NCBI GenBank assembly: GCA_028865345.1
Contig: JAGWKL010000002.1
Location: forward strand, 665 to 64,664
DNA: 64,000 bases
Direction of reading: 5' to 3'
DNA from: Candidatus Omnitrophota bacterium
Lineage (GTDB): Bacteria > Omnitrophota > Gorgyraeia > Zapsychrales > Fredricksoniimonadaceae
In this document: positions 19,661 through 28,600 of the stretch, one piece after another
Position numbering within the stretch: the stretch's first letter is position 1
How the letters are laid out: each line of letters starts with the position of its first letter
The notes under the pieces: generated by a model
What the model was told of the DNA's origin: nothing
What the model saw: only the letters and a program-made list of their open reading frames with translations
Database searches by the model: none
Translations under genes and position numbers: made by a program

Positions 19661-21082
19661 TTACCACGAAAGGGTTGGACAATACAAGCCCTTTATTTCC
19701 CTTTGCCACCAGGCGCCGGTGGCTTTCCTGGCCTTAAAACCGGTAAAATGATACTCCCAAAAAGTGGCCTGAATGTAGCGTGGCGGATGACCGGCAAAAG
19801 GGTCCTTCGCAAACAAGCGCAGTACCGACGGATCGCCTTTTAAGAGACAGCGCATCAGATTGATCAACCAGGGGTTCTGGCGCCAATTGCTTAAAGAGGC
19901 AAACCACATTTGCCAATCCAGCCGGGGCTGATAAGGCACGGCCCAACCGGGAGCCCTGTAAATATTCCCCGGTTTATAAGGAAATTCGTACGGCTTCCAA
20001 TGGCTGCCGTCATTGCTTCCTTCCAGAATTATTTCATTACGCCGGGTCGTCATCACCGCAAAAAGACCGTAGTTATTGATGCTGCGCAAAGGGCTAAGCG
20101 CGTCCACGAGTTTCTCCACAGGCAGCGGCAAAGCCATACCCGCGAATGAATTCGCAATAAGCCCAAGGCTTACGGTCAAGATGAGCGCGGCCACAAGACA
20201 GGTGACAACCTTATGGATAGCCCCTCCCTCTATGACCTTGGCCCCAGCCAGGGGAATAAACTTAAGATGCCCGTCGTCCAAAAGGAGCAGGCAAAGGCCT
20301 ATGGCCAAAAGATTGAAAAAACAATAATTACCCGTCAGCATGATCAAGGATTGCAACACGACGATCCCCCAGAAGGCGATCAACCTTGCCCGTCGCCCGA
20401 AAAAAATAAAAAACGGCACAACGAGCTCAATGATAAAAACAAAAAGGCAGGACAATTTTTCAAACCACAACGGCAACTGGGCCATATACCAACTGATCAC
20501 GTTAGGCAAAGGCTGTGTCCAATAATGGTAGGTCAAGGCGGTGAGATCGGCCCAGTGGGGGTCTCCGCTGGCCAGCTTGACGACTCCGGACTCGAACATC
20601 AGGCGGAAAAGCAGCCAGCGCAAAAGCCAAATAACAATGATGGAAGGACGCACAGAGGGCTTTAATTGGATGCCCAATGGCCGCGGAAAAAGAAAGATCA
20701 AAAGAAAGCCGGCTTCCAGCAGCAAATTGTCCCACTGGAAACCTAAAAAGTCCTGGCCTGCGACCGTCAGGGACAAATAAAAAAGCCAGAGTAAAAAAGC
20801 TGACAACCCCGGCATGATCCCGAACAAAAGCAGGATGGAAAGCGCCGCCCCGCCCCAGCACAAAAACAACAAAAACCAGTCGCTATGATTCAGCCAGCAA
20901 AGGGTGGGGACAAGCCAAAAACGGCCGCCTCCTGCCTCTCCCTGCACAGAACGCAGAAAATCCCCGATGGGCAAAACGCCTTGGTGGCCGATAAGGCCCA
21001 ATACCTGCACTCCTAATGACCAAAAGGCCGCCAGATAAATCAAAGCCATCCATCGGCTGAAAACCCAGGCAGTAAGGACCAT
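19661..21082 (-). CDS. Polytopic membrane protein of the lipase-maturation-factor (LMF)/HTTM-like family.
   Basis: The N-terminus WVFSRWMALIYLAAFWSLGVQVLGLIGHQGVLP matches the LMF/HTTM-type signature (RWL..IYFIAF.SL..Q..GL.G..GILP). More than 10 TM helices are predicted. Confidence 0.55.
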   Translation of the reverse strand: MVLTAWVFSRWMALIYLAAFWSLGVQVLGLIGHQGVLPIGDFLRSVQGEAGGGRFWLVPTLCWLNHSDWFLLFLCWGGAALSILLLFGIMPGLSAFLLWLFYLSLTVAGQDFLGFQWDNLLLEAGFLLIFLFPRPLGIQLKPSVRPSIIVIWLLRWLLFRLMFESGVVKLASGDPHWADLTALTYHYWTQPLPNVISWYMAQLPLWFEKLSCLFVFIIELVVPFFIFFGRRARLIAFWGIVVLQSLIMLTGNYCFFNLLAIGLCLLLLDDGHLKFIPLAGAKVIEGGAIHKVVTCLVAALILTVSLGLIANSFAGMALPLPVEKLVDALSPLRSINNYGLFAVMTTRRNEIILEGSNDGSHWKPYEFPYKPGNIYRAPGWAVPYQPRLDWQMWFASLSNWRQNPWLINLMRCLLKGDPSVLRLFAKDPFAGHPPRYIQATFWEYHFTGFKARKATGAWWQREIKGLYCPTLSW

Positions 21083-21094
21083 GATTTTATCGAA

Positions 21095-21358
21095 TTAAAC
21101 TTTCAGGCTGCGTTCGAGTTCTTCGACGTCTTTTTTGGCTTTAAGGGGTGTGGTTTGAAAAATCTCGCAATAAAGCTGGATGGCCAGCTCTTTTTCACCT
21201 TCCATTAATAAATGACGGACATCGAACATGGTCCCACGGCCTTTGGCCGGCAGCTTACCACGGCGCCCTCCCGACAAAAGCCTGGCGCGCCAGGCGCTTA
21301 ACAGTACCAGGACACACGCTGAAATAATGAGAATTGTATATAAAACAGCCATAGGCAA
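21095..21358 (-). CDS. Small single-TM protein, hypothetical.
   Basis: 87 aa protein with an N-terminal TM helix and a basic linker. No motif is recognised. Confidence 0.3.
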   Translation of the reverse strand: MPMAVLYTILIISACVLVLLSAWRARLLSGGRRGKLPAKGRGTMFDVRHLLMEGEKELAIQLYCEIFQTTPLKAKKDVEELERSLKV

Positions 21359-21368
21359 CCTTTTTTAT

Positions 21369-21602
21369 CTATTCGTTAGCCAGGCTTTCTTTAGCTTCCT
21401 TGGCAAAATCATCGACGACCTGCTTGATCTCCATCTCGGCCTTGTCGATCTTGGCCTTGCACAGCTTAATAAGGCCCACAGCCTCCTTGACCCGCAGGGA
21501 CAATTCATCGACGTCTATCTCATCACTCTCTATTTGACCTATAATTTCATCCAGCCGTTGGACGGCCTTGCTGTATTTGGCTTCAGCCACTCTTGACCTC
21601 AC
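21369..21602 (-). CDS. xseB: Exodeoxyribonuclease VII small subunit.
   Basis: 77 aa helical protein with LDEIIGQIESDEIDVDELSLRVKEAVGLIKLC. It overlaps the xseA end. Confidence 0.8.
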   Translation of the reverse strand: MRSRVAEAKYSKAVQRLDEIIGQIESDEIDVDELSLRVKEAVGLIKLCKAKIDKAEMEIKQVVDDFAKEAKESLANE

Positions 21603-22896
21603 TATTAATTATACCATCAATCAATTCCGTTGCGATGCTTTTGACTTGGTGCGCATCCTCGACGCTCCTTATCAGACGGCCGTCTTGGGCCCTGGTGATG
21701 CTGAACCCGCGCTTGAGGATGTTCTTAGGCTCCGCCATTTGGGCCAGTTTCTGATAATGATTTATTTTAGTCCGTGAATTTTGAAGGTGCAAATAAATAA
21801 TTTTCTTTAGACGTGTTCCGGTATCTTTGAGGCGGTTTTTAGCTTCTTTCATCCTTGCGGAAGGTGTGCGTTGGATGGCAGAGGCCAGGCCAAAGAGGTG
21901 CTGGTGATGGCGCCTGACCAAGCCCAGTGTCTGGGTTTGCAGCACCACCGCGCTGTCTTTGAGGCGAAGCCGCCTGGTCTTGAAAACCTGGCGTAACGCC
22001 TCGAAAAAACGTCCCCGGCGATCTTCGACACCTTGGGCAAATGTATCCATCCGGTCCACCAGAAATTTGGCAACGGCCGTCGGCGTTTTGGCGAAAGTAT
22101 GGGCCGCCAGGTCCGTGACCGTGGTGTTGATTTCATGGCCGATACCGCTTAAGACCGGAATCCCTGTCTGGGCAATGGCCGTGGCGATCTTCTCATTGTC
22201 AAAACAGCTTAACTCGGCGATGGAGCCTCCGCCTCTCGTTATGACGACCGCATCCACGTCCTTGGGCATGCCTGCAAAAATTTTCAAGGCTTTAATGACG
22301 GAACTTTCCGTATTTTTCCCCTGCATGACGGAGTCGGCCAGAAATATCCTGAACGCATAGCCGCTCTTCTTTAATTCCGATATAAAATCATGATAGGCCG
22401 CGGAATCATAGGAGGTAACAAGGCCGACGTTCAAAATCAATTCAGGAAGCTCGAGTTGTTTGTTCTTGTCCAATATCCCCTTTTGTTTGAGAAGCGCGAT
22501 CAGGCGCTGGCGGTCCTGGGCGATCTTGCCCAAGGTATGGACAGGGTCAATGGCCTCCACGATCAGGCGCACCTGGCCATGGCCGGGATAAAAATCCACC
22601 TTGCACAGAAATTTAACCTCGATGTCGTCCTTGAGTTGGAAAGCATTCTCCGCTTTTTTAAGGATGGCCTCGATTTTAGGACGGCTCTGGGCAAAGATCA
22701 CAAGCCCAATGCGGGCCGTGATGTCATGAGTTACGGGATCTTTTTCGCACAATTCAAAAAAGACGTGCTTCTTGTCCTTGCCGCGGTCATAACCCTGGAT
22801 TTCTCCGCAAACCCATAAACTGCGGGGAAATCCGCTGCTCAGGACATCGCGGATAAAGCGGTTTAACTCGGATACCGTCAAAAATTCATCACTCAT
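21583..22896 (-). CDS. xseA: Exodeoxyribonuclease VII large subunit.
   Basis: An N-terminal OB-fold (LTVSELNRFIRDVL...LWVCGEIQGY) and the catalytic core are present. Confidence 0.85.
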   Translation of the reverse strand: MSDEFLTVSELNRFIRDVLSSGFPRSLWVCGEIQGYDRGKDKKHVFFELCEKDPVTHDITARIGLVIFAQSRPKIEAILKKAENAFQLKDDIEVKFLCKVDFYPGHGQVRLIVEAIDPVHTLGKIAQDRQRLIALLKQKGILDKNKQLELPELILNVGLVTSYDSAAYHDFISELKKSGYAFRIFLADSVMQGKNTESSVIKALKIFAGMPKDVDAVVITRGGGSIAELSCFDNEKIATAIAQTGIPVLSGIGHEINTTVTDLAAHTFAKTPTAVAKFLVDRMDTFAQGVEDRRGRFFEALRQVFKTRRLRLKDSAVVLQTQTLGLVRRHHQHLFGLASAIQRTPSARMKEAKNRLKDTGTRLKKIIYLHLQNSRTKINHYQKLAQMAEPKNILKRGFSITRAQDGRLIRSVEDAHQVKSIATELIDGIINSEVKSG

Positions 22897-23318
22897 GATT
22901 TCAGCAAACCCAATTTGAGCATTTCCCGCTCAAGGTCCTGTCCGGCCAAAATGATCACCGCTTCCATTGCTTTAAGCTTTTGATCCAATTCGGATTTAAG
23001 AGCATGGAGCTTGCGGGCATTTTGGGCATTTTTATTGTTCACATCCCCGGCATACCAGGTCTCAAAATCTTTATACGCTTTTAAGGAACCGTTAAAGTCT
23101 TCCATGGCCGAACCGTATTTAAGAATGGTCTCATGACGCCTGATGATTTCCATGTCTTTGACCAGGCCCCAGGCATCCGTCAGAAATCCATGGGTGATGA
23201 ACTGCCGCTGGTCCATGACATAGAAGAATTCCAGGTTCTTCTCCATCTCAGCCAAAAGATCATAGAGACTCTTACTTAACTGTTTTTCTGCTGCGTATTT
23301 CTTAAATATCGAAAACAT
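22893..23318 (-). CDS. Hypothetical cytoplasmic protein (141 aa).
   Basis: A clean ORF coupled to xseA by a 4 nt overlap. No motif is recognised. Confidence 0.4.
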   Translation of the reverse strand: MFSIFKKYAAEKQLSKSLYDLLAEMEKNLEFFYVMDQRQFITHGFLTDAWGLVKDMEIIRRHETILKYGSAMEDFNGSLKAYKDFETWYAGDVNNKNAQNARKLHALKSELDQKLKAMEAVIILAGQDLEREMLKLGLLKS

Positions 23319-23420
23319 GCTCCTCCAGACTTCTCGGCATTACAGGGCACATCTTAAACCAAGAATTTGGGGGACACAATACTTAATTCATGATAAAATC
23401 CTCAACAAATAAAACCTTAC

Positions 23421-23442
23421 GACCTGTCCCCAGACTCGGGGA
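23421..23442 (+). repeat. Left copy of a 22 bp perfect inverted repeat (GACCTGTCCCCAGACTCGGGGA) in the promoter region of the plus-strand lipid operon.
   Basis: An exact reverse-complement partner sits at 30011-30032. The motif contains an internal hairpin (TCCCC-agactc-GGGGA). Confidence 0.9.
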
Positions 23443-23462
23443 AAACCAAGAAATAGGGCCTT

Positions 23463-24623
23463 TTGAAGATCTCCCCCCATTTTAAAAGACACCGTTTCCG
23501 GACGCGAGTGATCAGGAAAATCGAAGAAATACCCGCCGAACAATGGGGCAAGGTCTTTCCTGACGTCCCGGAGAACTATTATTTTCTAAAAACCCTGGAT
23601 GAATCGAAATTCAACCAGTTCTCGTTCTATTATGTGCTGGTCTATCGCGGCCAACAACTCGTGGGCTGCGCCCCTTGTTTCCGGGTTGATTATTCCCTGG
23701 ACACCAGCATCAGCGGTCCCTTGCGCCGCCTCACCAACGCAATTACAAAAAAATTCCCCCGGCTTTTGAGCATCAGGGCCCTGGTTTGCGGCATTCCCAT
23801 GGGGCAGGGACAAATGGGGATCGCAGGATTCTCCTCGGCCGTATTCGAAGCCATTGAAAAGCGGATGGAATCCCTGGCCCGCAAACTCCACGCCCCCCTC
23901 ATTGCCTTTAAGGATTTCGACCGCTCTTATGATAAATTCTTCCATCCCCTGCTTCAGGATGACTTCATGAAGATCGACAGCCTGCCCATGACCTGCCTGA
24001 AACTTGATTTTTCCAGTTTTGAAGATTATCTAAAAACCTTGAGCAGCGCCACCCGTTATGACGTACGCCGGAAACTTAAAAAGGCCTCCGGCGCAGCCAT
24101 TGAACCGATGATCACCGATACCCTGGATGAAAACACCTTGAATGAAGTTTATGACCTGTACCTGGCGGCTGTTGAGACCCATGATATGGGCTTTGAAATT
24201 GTCCCTAAAGAGTTTTTCCGGCTGATCTCCAAAAACATGCCGCAGGAGACCAAATTCTTTCTGTGGCGGATCAACGGCAAGTTGACTGCCTTTGTCTTCT
24301 GCCTGGTCTCCAACGGGAAGCTCCTTGATTATTATCTGGGACTGGACCACACCCTCAGCCACGAATTCCATCTGTACTTTGTTAAATTCAAGGAAGTCTT
24401 TGAATGGTGTAAAAAGCACGGCGTCCAATCTTACGAAATGGGCGCCACGGGTTATGAACCCAAACGCCGTCTTAAATTTGAATTTATCCCGGTCTATCTC
24501 TACGTCAAAAGCCGATATAAAATATTCAGTCCCTTTTTAAAAATTTTGAGTTCTCTTCTTAAATTCGAAAATTTCGACCCGGAACTGCGACGATGGAAAA
24601 AATCACGAAAGTCAACCAACTGA
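23463..24623 (+). CDS. FemAB-like/GNAT-fold acyltransferase family protein (PF04339-like).
   Basis: The N-terminal IEEIPAEQWGKVFPD...YYFLKTLDES motif is typical of the FemAB-like (DUF482) family. The listed start is TTG; GTG at about 23508 is an alternative. Confidence 0.5.
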   Translation: MKISPHFKRHRFRTRVIRKIEEIPAEQWGKVFPDVPENYYFLKTLDESKFNQFSFYYVLVYRGQQLVGCAPCFRVDYSLDTSISGPLRRLTNAITKKFPRLLSIRALVCGIPMGQGQMGIAGFSSAVFEAIEKRMESLARKLHAPLIAFKDFDRSYDKFFHPLLQDDFMKIDSLPMTCLKLDFSSFEDYLKTLSSATRYDVRRKLKKASGAAIEPMITDTLDENTLNEVYDLYLAAVETHDMGFEIVPKEFFRLISKNMPQETKFFLWRINGKLTAFVFCLVSNGKLLDYYLGLDHTLSHEFHLYFVKFKEVFEWCKKHGVQSYEMGATGYEPKRRLKFEFIPVYLYVKSRYKIFSPFLKILSSLLKFENFDPELRRWKKSRKSTN

Positions 24624-24976
24624 CGCTTAGAATCCTTTTATTTCTGGTGGCCAATGACCTTTTGGATACCGCCGGCCAATTACTCATGAAAAAAGGGATA
24701 GTCCATCCTTTTAATTTTGCCTGTCCCGATGCTTTCCTTTTTTGGCTGGGGCTGGCCATTTATATCTCCAATTTCTTTTTATGGATGAACATCCTCTCCA
24801 AGGTCGATTTGAGCGTTGCCCTGCCTCTGGCCAGCAGCAGCTATATTTTGATACCTGTAGCTGCCGTGGTTTTCCTGCACGAATATGTGCCGCCGTTGCG
24901 CTGGCTGGGCCTGGCAGCCATTGTGGTTGGTATTTACTTTGTGGCCCAAAGCAAATCCTCTAAGGGGGCCCCATGA
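24593..24976 (+). CDS. Small 4-TM DMT/SMR-like membrane protein (ArnE/ArnF-like flippase half).
   Basis: 127 aa protein with four predicted TM helices. It overlaps the next 4-TM paralog by 4 nt (ATGA), an arrangement typical of heterodimeric ArnE/ArnF pairs. Confidence 0.5.
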   Translation: MEKITKVNQLTLRILLFLVANDLLDTAGQLLMKKGIVHPFNFACPDAFLFWLGLAIYISNFFLWMNILSKVDLSVALPLASSSYILIPVAAVVFLHEYVPPLRWLGLAAIVVGIYFVAQSKSSKGAP

Positions 24977-25341
24977 AAACCATTGTCCTTGTCTTTATCG
25001 CCGAATGCCTGATGACCACAGGGCAGATTTGCTTCAAAAAAAGCACCAACAGCTTCCATATACAAGAAACCACGCCGGCGGCATGGATCATCGGATTGCT
25101 GAAATGCGTCTTGAAACATCCTCTTCTTTGGATGGGGGCTGCTTTCATGCTTGTGGGGCTGGTCTTCTGGCTGGCTGCCTTGAGCAGCGGGCAATTGAAC
25201 TTTGTTTATTTGCTGGGGAGCGTCCAATACATCTTCGCGCTTTTTGCCGCGCACTTTTTTCTGCAGGAGAAAATCGATGCTCCCAAATTGGCAGGCACCC
25301 TGCTGATCACACTGGGAGTGATTTTAACGGCAATGAGTTAA
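24973..25341 (+). CDS. Small 4-TM DMT/SMR-like membrane protein, second subunit of the pair.
   Basis: 122 aa protein with four TM helices, a paralog of the preceding ORF. Confidence 0.5.
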   Translation: MKTIVLVFIAECLMTTGQICFKKSTNSFHIQETTPAAWIIGLLKCVLKHPLLWMGAAFMLVGLVFWLAALSSGQLNFVYLLGSVQYIFALFAAHFFLQEKIDAPKLAGTLLITLGVILTAMS

Positions 25342-26744
25342 TCAGCCAGGGCTTTTTGAAGAGCCTCTTCAAAAAGCATGAGACTTAAATCAATTTCTTC
25401 TTCGGTAATATAAAGAGATGGGGCGATCGTAAAGACGTTCTTATAATAGCCGCCCACATCGAGCACCAGCCCGCGCTTCTTACCGCCGGCCGTCAACTCA
25501 CCTTTTAAACCGATGTTGACTATTTTATCCGTCAATTCCTGATTGGGTGTAAATCCGTCCTTTTGACAGATCTCCATACGTAGGGCGAGACCTAATCCTC
25601 CCACCTCGCCGATATGAGGATATTTTTTCTGAAGGGCCTGCAGTTTTTTCAGGAAATAGGCCCCCTTTTGGGGGACTGTGACATCAAAATTCGATTCCTC
25701 GATAAGGTCCATCACCGCCAGGCCGGCGGCCGTCCCTAACGGGTTTGAAGAAAATGTCGAATGGGTCATGCCCGGCCCAAAAATTTCCGGATTGATTAGC
25801 TCTTCCTTGGCCCATATCCCTGAAAGCGGGTTAAGGCCGTTGGTCAGGGCTTTGCCAAAAATAATGATATCCGGCACCACATCAAAATGCTCGATGGACC
25901 ATAACTTGCCCGTGCGATAGAACCCCATTTGAATTTCATCAGCAACAAATAATATATTATGTTTGTCCAGGGTCTTTTTTAATTCTTTAAAATAATTCTG
26001 TGGAGGGGCGATATAGCCCCCTGTCCCCTGTACCGGCTCGACAAAAAAAGCCCCGTATTCACAGTTATTATTCTTAGTATTGATGACGGAATAGTATTCA
26101 GACTCAAACATTTTCTGGAATGGCTTTAAACAGGACAGATCGCAGCAGTCTTTCTTATCATGGACCGCCGTACAGCGGAAACGATAAGGATAAGGGACAA
26201 AATGGGCCCGGTCGCCAAAATGCCCGTAATGCTCACGGTAACGGTAGCTGGAGGTTATGGCCGTTGCCCCGAAGGTGCGCCCGTGATAACTGCCCATAAA
26301 AGCGAACACGGGTATTTTGCCCGTATAATTGCGAACGACCTTTAGGGCGTCCTCTACGGCCTGCGCCCCCCCGACGTTAAAATGCACGCGCCCCTTGACA
26401 CCGAACTTCTTTTCGATGTCCTGGGAAATCTTGGTGGCCAGCATGATCTTTTCCTCATGCAGATACTGGCAGGCCAACTGGGGCAAGGTATCGATCTGCT
26501 TCTTAAGAGCATCATTAAGGCGTTTGTTCTTATAGCCGAAATTAGCGGCGGAATACCACATTTGAAGGTCCATGTATTCCGTTCCCCGGGCATCATACAA
26601 ACGCATACCTTGGGCATCGCAAAAAATATTCGGATGTTGGGCGCGATGAACGGTATCTCCCCATGAGCAGTATTTGGACTCCAAGGCACGCAACTCTTCC
26701 TCACTCATCGGCCCTGCTTTTTGTTCAACGGTTCTTCCGGCCAC
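25338..26744 (-). CDS. Class III PLP-dependent aminotransferase.
   Basis: Class III aminotransferase signatures are present (FVADEIQMGFYRTGKLWSIEHFDVVPDIIIFGKALTNG, with the Schiff-base Lys in FGKAL). There is an unusual Cys-rich insert (KKDCCDLSC). Confidence 0.8.
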   Translation of the reverse strand: MAGRTVEQKAGPMSEEELRALESKYCSWGDTVHRAQHPNIFCDAQGMRLYDARGTEYMDLQMWYSAANFGYKNKRLNDALKKQIDTLPQLACQYLHEEKIMLATKISQDIEKKFGVKGRVHFNVGGAQAVEDALKVVRNYTGKIPVFAFMGSYHGRTFGATAITSSYRYREHYGHFGDRAHFVPYPYRFRCTAVHDKKDCCDLSCLKPFQKMFESEYYSVINTKNNNCEYGAFFVEPVQGTGGYIAPPQNYFKELKKTLDKHNILFVADEIQMGFYRTGKLWSIEHFDVVPDIIIFGKALTNGLNPLSGIWAKEELINPEIFGPGMTHSTFSSNPLGTAAGLAVMDLIEESNFDVTVPQKGAYFLKKLQALQKKYPHIGEVGGLGLALRMEICQKDGFTPNQELTDKIVNIGLKGELTAGGKKRGLVLDVGGYYKNVFTIAPSLYITEEEIDLSLMLFEEALQKALAD

Positions 26745-27453
26745 TGGTCAATACCTCCTTAAAATAATGATGGACATCACTTAAATCCTTATAAGCAATA
26801 ACAGGCAGCCCTTCTTTGTTCATGAAATCCAATAAGGTGCCCTTGGCAAACACCACGTCGGACACGCGCGCCGGGCAAAAATCCGACCGGCCGTCACCCA
26901 CGTAAACAATCAGCTTATTTTCCGTCTTGTCCTTGGTCAAATGGATCTTCTTGCAATGGGCGCAGTTCAGGCAAAAAGGATTGTCGTAAGGAAAGGACGG
27001 AATAATACGGTCGCGATAGAAACGCAAGGAATTGGCGTAGACCTTCAGGTCCTTGATCCCGTGATAAGCCAGGATCCATTCGACGATATAGGTAAAATTA
27101 TCGCTCAGAATGACAGGCTTGACGCCTTCCCGGACAAGCAGGGTCAGAAACTGATGGAAATGCGGGTCAAGTTCAACCTTCCTGAGGAACTTATGCAAGG
27201 CATTTTTGGAAAGCCGCACATTTTTTAACTGCCCTGTCAGGCATTCCTTGGTGCTTATTTTCTCGTCTTCCCACGACTTTTCCAGGGCAGCCCACCGGTC
27301 ATTGATCGAAAAGCGCTGGATGACATCATCCAACACGTCCGAGGTGGTCATAGTATTGTCGAAATCAAAAAAAACCCGGCAGTTCGACAAAACAATGTGC
27401 GACTTAAACTGCGACGCTGATTCCAATTGATTGAGACGGTTGACAAATGGCAT
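26725..27453 (-). CDS. HAD-superfamily phosphatase (MtnX/PSP-like subfamily).
   Basis: HAD motif I FDFDNTMT is present. I moved the start to an internal Met (MPFVNRL) so the gene does not overlap the hydrolase upstream. There is a Cys cluster CLNCAHC. Confidence 0.55.
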   Translation of the reverse strand: MPFVNRLNQLESASQFKSHIVLSNCRVFFDFDNTMTTSDVLDDVIQRFSINDRWAALEKSWEDEKISTKECLTGQLKNVRLSKNALHKFLRKVELDPHFHQFLTLLVREGVKPVILSDNFTYIVEWILAYHGIKDLKVYANSLRFYRDRIIPSFPYDNPFCLNCAHCKKIHLTKDKTENKLIVYVGDGRSDFCPARVSDVVFAKGTLLDFMNKEGLPVIAYKDLSDVHHYFKEVLTSGRKNR

Positions 27454-27457
27454 AGGT

Positions 27458-28345
27458 TTAGGCGGGGACCGGTTCTCCGGCAAAAAACCGTTGCATATGC
27501 AGGGCCACCGAATTGCGCTCCTGGTCAGCGGTGATAATATGATAGGAATTATATAAAAGCACAAGTTCTTTACGGTCGGATTTGACCCTGCTGTAAATAT
27601 ACTGGGAATTACGCACCGAGCTCATATCGTCATGCTTGGCCTGGATCAGTTGAACGGGCACGGATATCCCTTGAAGGCGGGCGCTTAAATGTTTAACCAG
27701 CTTTTCCAATTGGTACAATAAGGTCAATGGAAAGAAAGGATAGCCGTATTGATGCACTTGTTCCATATTATCAAGGTCAGCCTTAATATAAAATTCATGG
27801 ATACGGCGGCGCACGGCCTTATTCTTGATACCGTAAGGCGGCTCTTCCTTATAATAAAAGAAATATTTCAATGGGGTCTTATAGGCCAAAGGCAGCAGAA
27901 AGCTATACCAAGGCGTGTTCCACCCATCGTAGAAAAGGGTGGGCGAAAGACAACTGACGCCGGCGATTTCAGTTTTAAATTCATCCGCCAAAAGCAGGGC
28001 CAGCAAAGCGCCCATGGAAAGGCCTCCGGCATAGACATGCTTATATTGCCCCCGGATATTAAGATAAGATTGGCGCACCGTCTGATAAAAATCCTGCCAT
28101 TTGCTCATTTGCAGGATGTGGATCGGCGCTCCATGATTGGCCAGGCGCGGGCAATAAACGGCATAGCCCTGGCGGTTTAAAAAATTGGCCAGGAACCTCA
28201 TTTCATGGGGAGTGCCTGTCATGCCGTGGATCAGGATGATGGCATTACCGTTAGAACCGGGCAATTCAAAACCATTGTCGGGCAAATGCGGTTTTTCAGC
28301 AGGCTTGAAGAAACCTCTTAAATTGACAGAAAATCTAACGGCCAT
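27458..28345 (-). CDS. Alpha/beta-hydrolase fold esterase, lipase or thioesterase.
   Basis: It has an HG oxyanion motif (ILIHGMTG) and a nucleophile elbow GLSMG. Confidence 0.7.
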   Translation of the reverse strand: MAVRFSVNLRGFFKPAEKPHLPDNGFELPGSNGNAIILIHGMTGTPHEMRFLANFLNRQGYAVYCPRLANHGAPIHILQMSKWQDFYQTVRQSYLNIRGQYKHVYAGGLSMGALLALLLADEFKTEIAGVSCLSPTLFYDGWNTPWYSFLLPLAYKTPLKYFFYYKEEPPYGIKNKAVRRRIHEFYIKADLDNMEQVHQYGYPFFPLTLLYQLEKLVKHLSARLQGISVPVQLIQAKHDDMSSVRNSQYIYSRVKSDRKELVLLYNSYHIITADQERNSVALHMQRFFAGEPVPA

Positions 28346-28347
28346 TT

Positions 28348-28596
28348 CTATTTAATCCCTTTTTGAGAACTTATGTAATCCACGATATTCTTGACGGTCT
28401 TGGCTTCGTAAAGGGCCGCGTCCGGAATTTTCAATTCAAACTTCTCTTCCAATTCAAAAGCGATCTCCACCGACCCGAATGAGTCGATCCCCAGATCTTC
28501 CACCAGGCGCGAATCCAAATTGATTTTCGCCGCTTCCATGGTCAACTGCTTGGCCAAAATGTCCTTAACGGTCCCCTCAACTTCAGCGTACGTCAT
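28348..28596 (-). CDS. Dedicated acyl carrier protein.
   Basis: The true start is an internal ATG (MTYAEVEG) with a GGAG ribosome-binding site, 5 nt after the KAS stop. The phosphopantetheine motif DLGIDSFGSVE is present. The longer ORF on the track is an artefactual 5' extension. Confidence 0.75.
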   Translation of the reverse strand: MTYAEVEGTVKDILAKQLTMEAAKINLDSRLVEDLGIDSFGSVEIAFELEEKFELKIPDAALYEAKTVKNIVDYISSQKGIK

Positions 28597-28600
28597 GAGA

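Noticed and set aside
20213-20665. A 150 aa plus-strand ORF with a basic, low-complexity product inside the LMF-like gene.
   Set aside because: It is a shadow ORF on the opposite strand of a long, hydrophobic, coherent membrane-protein gene.
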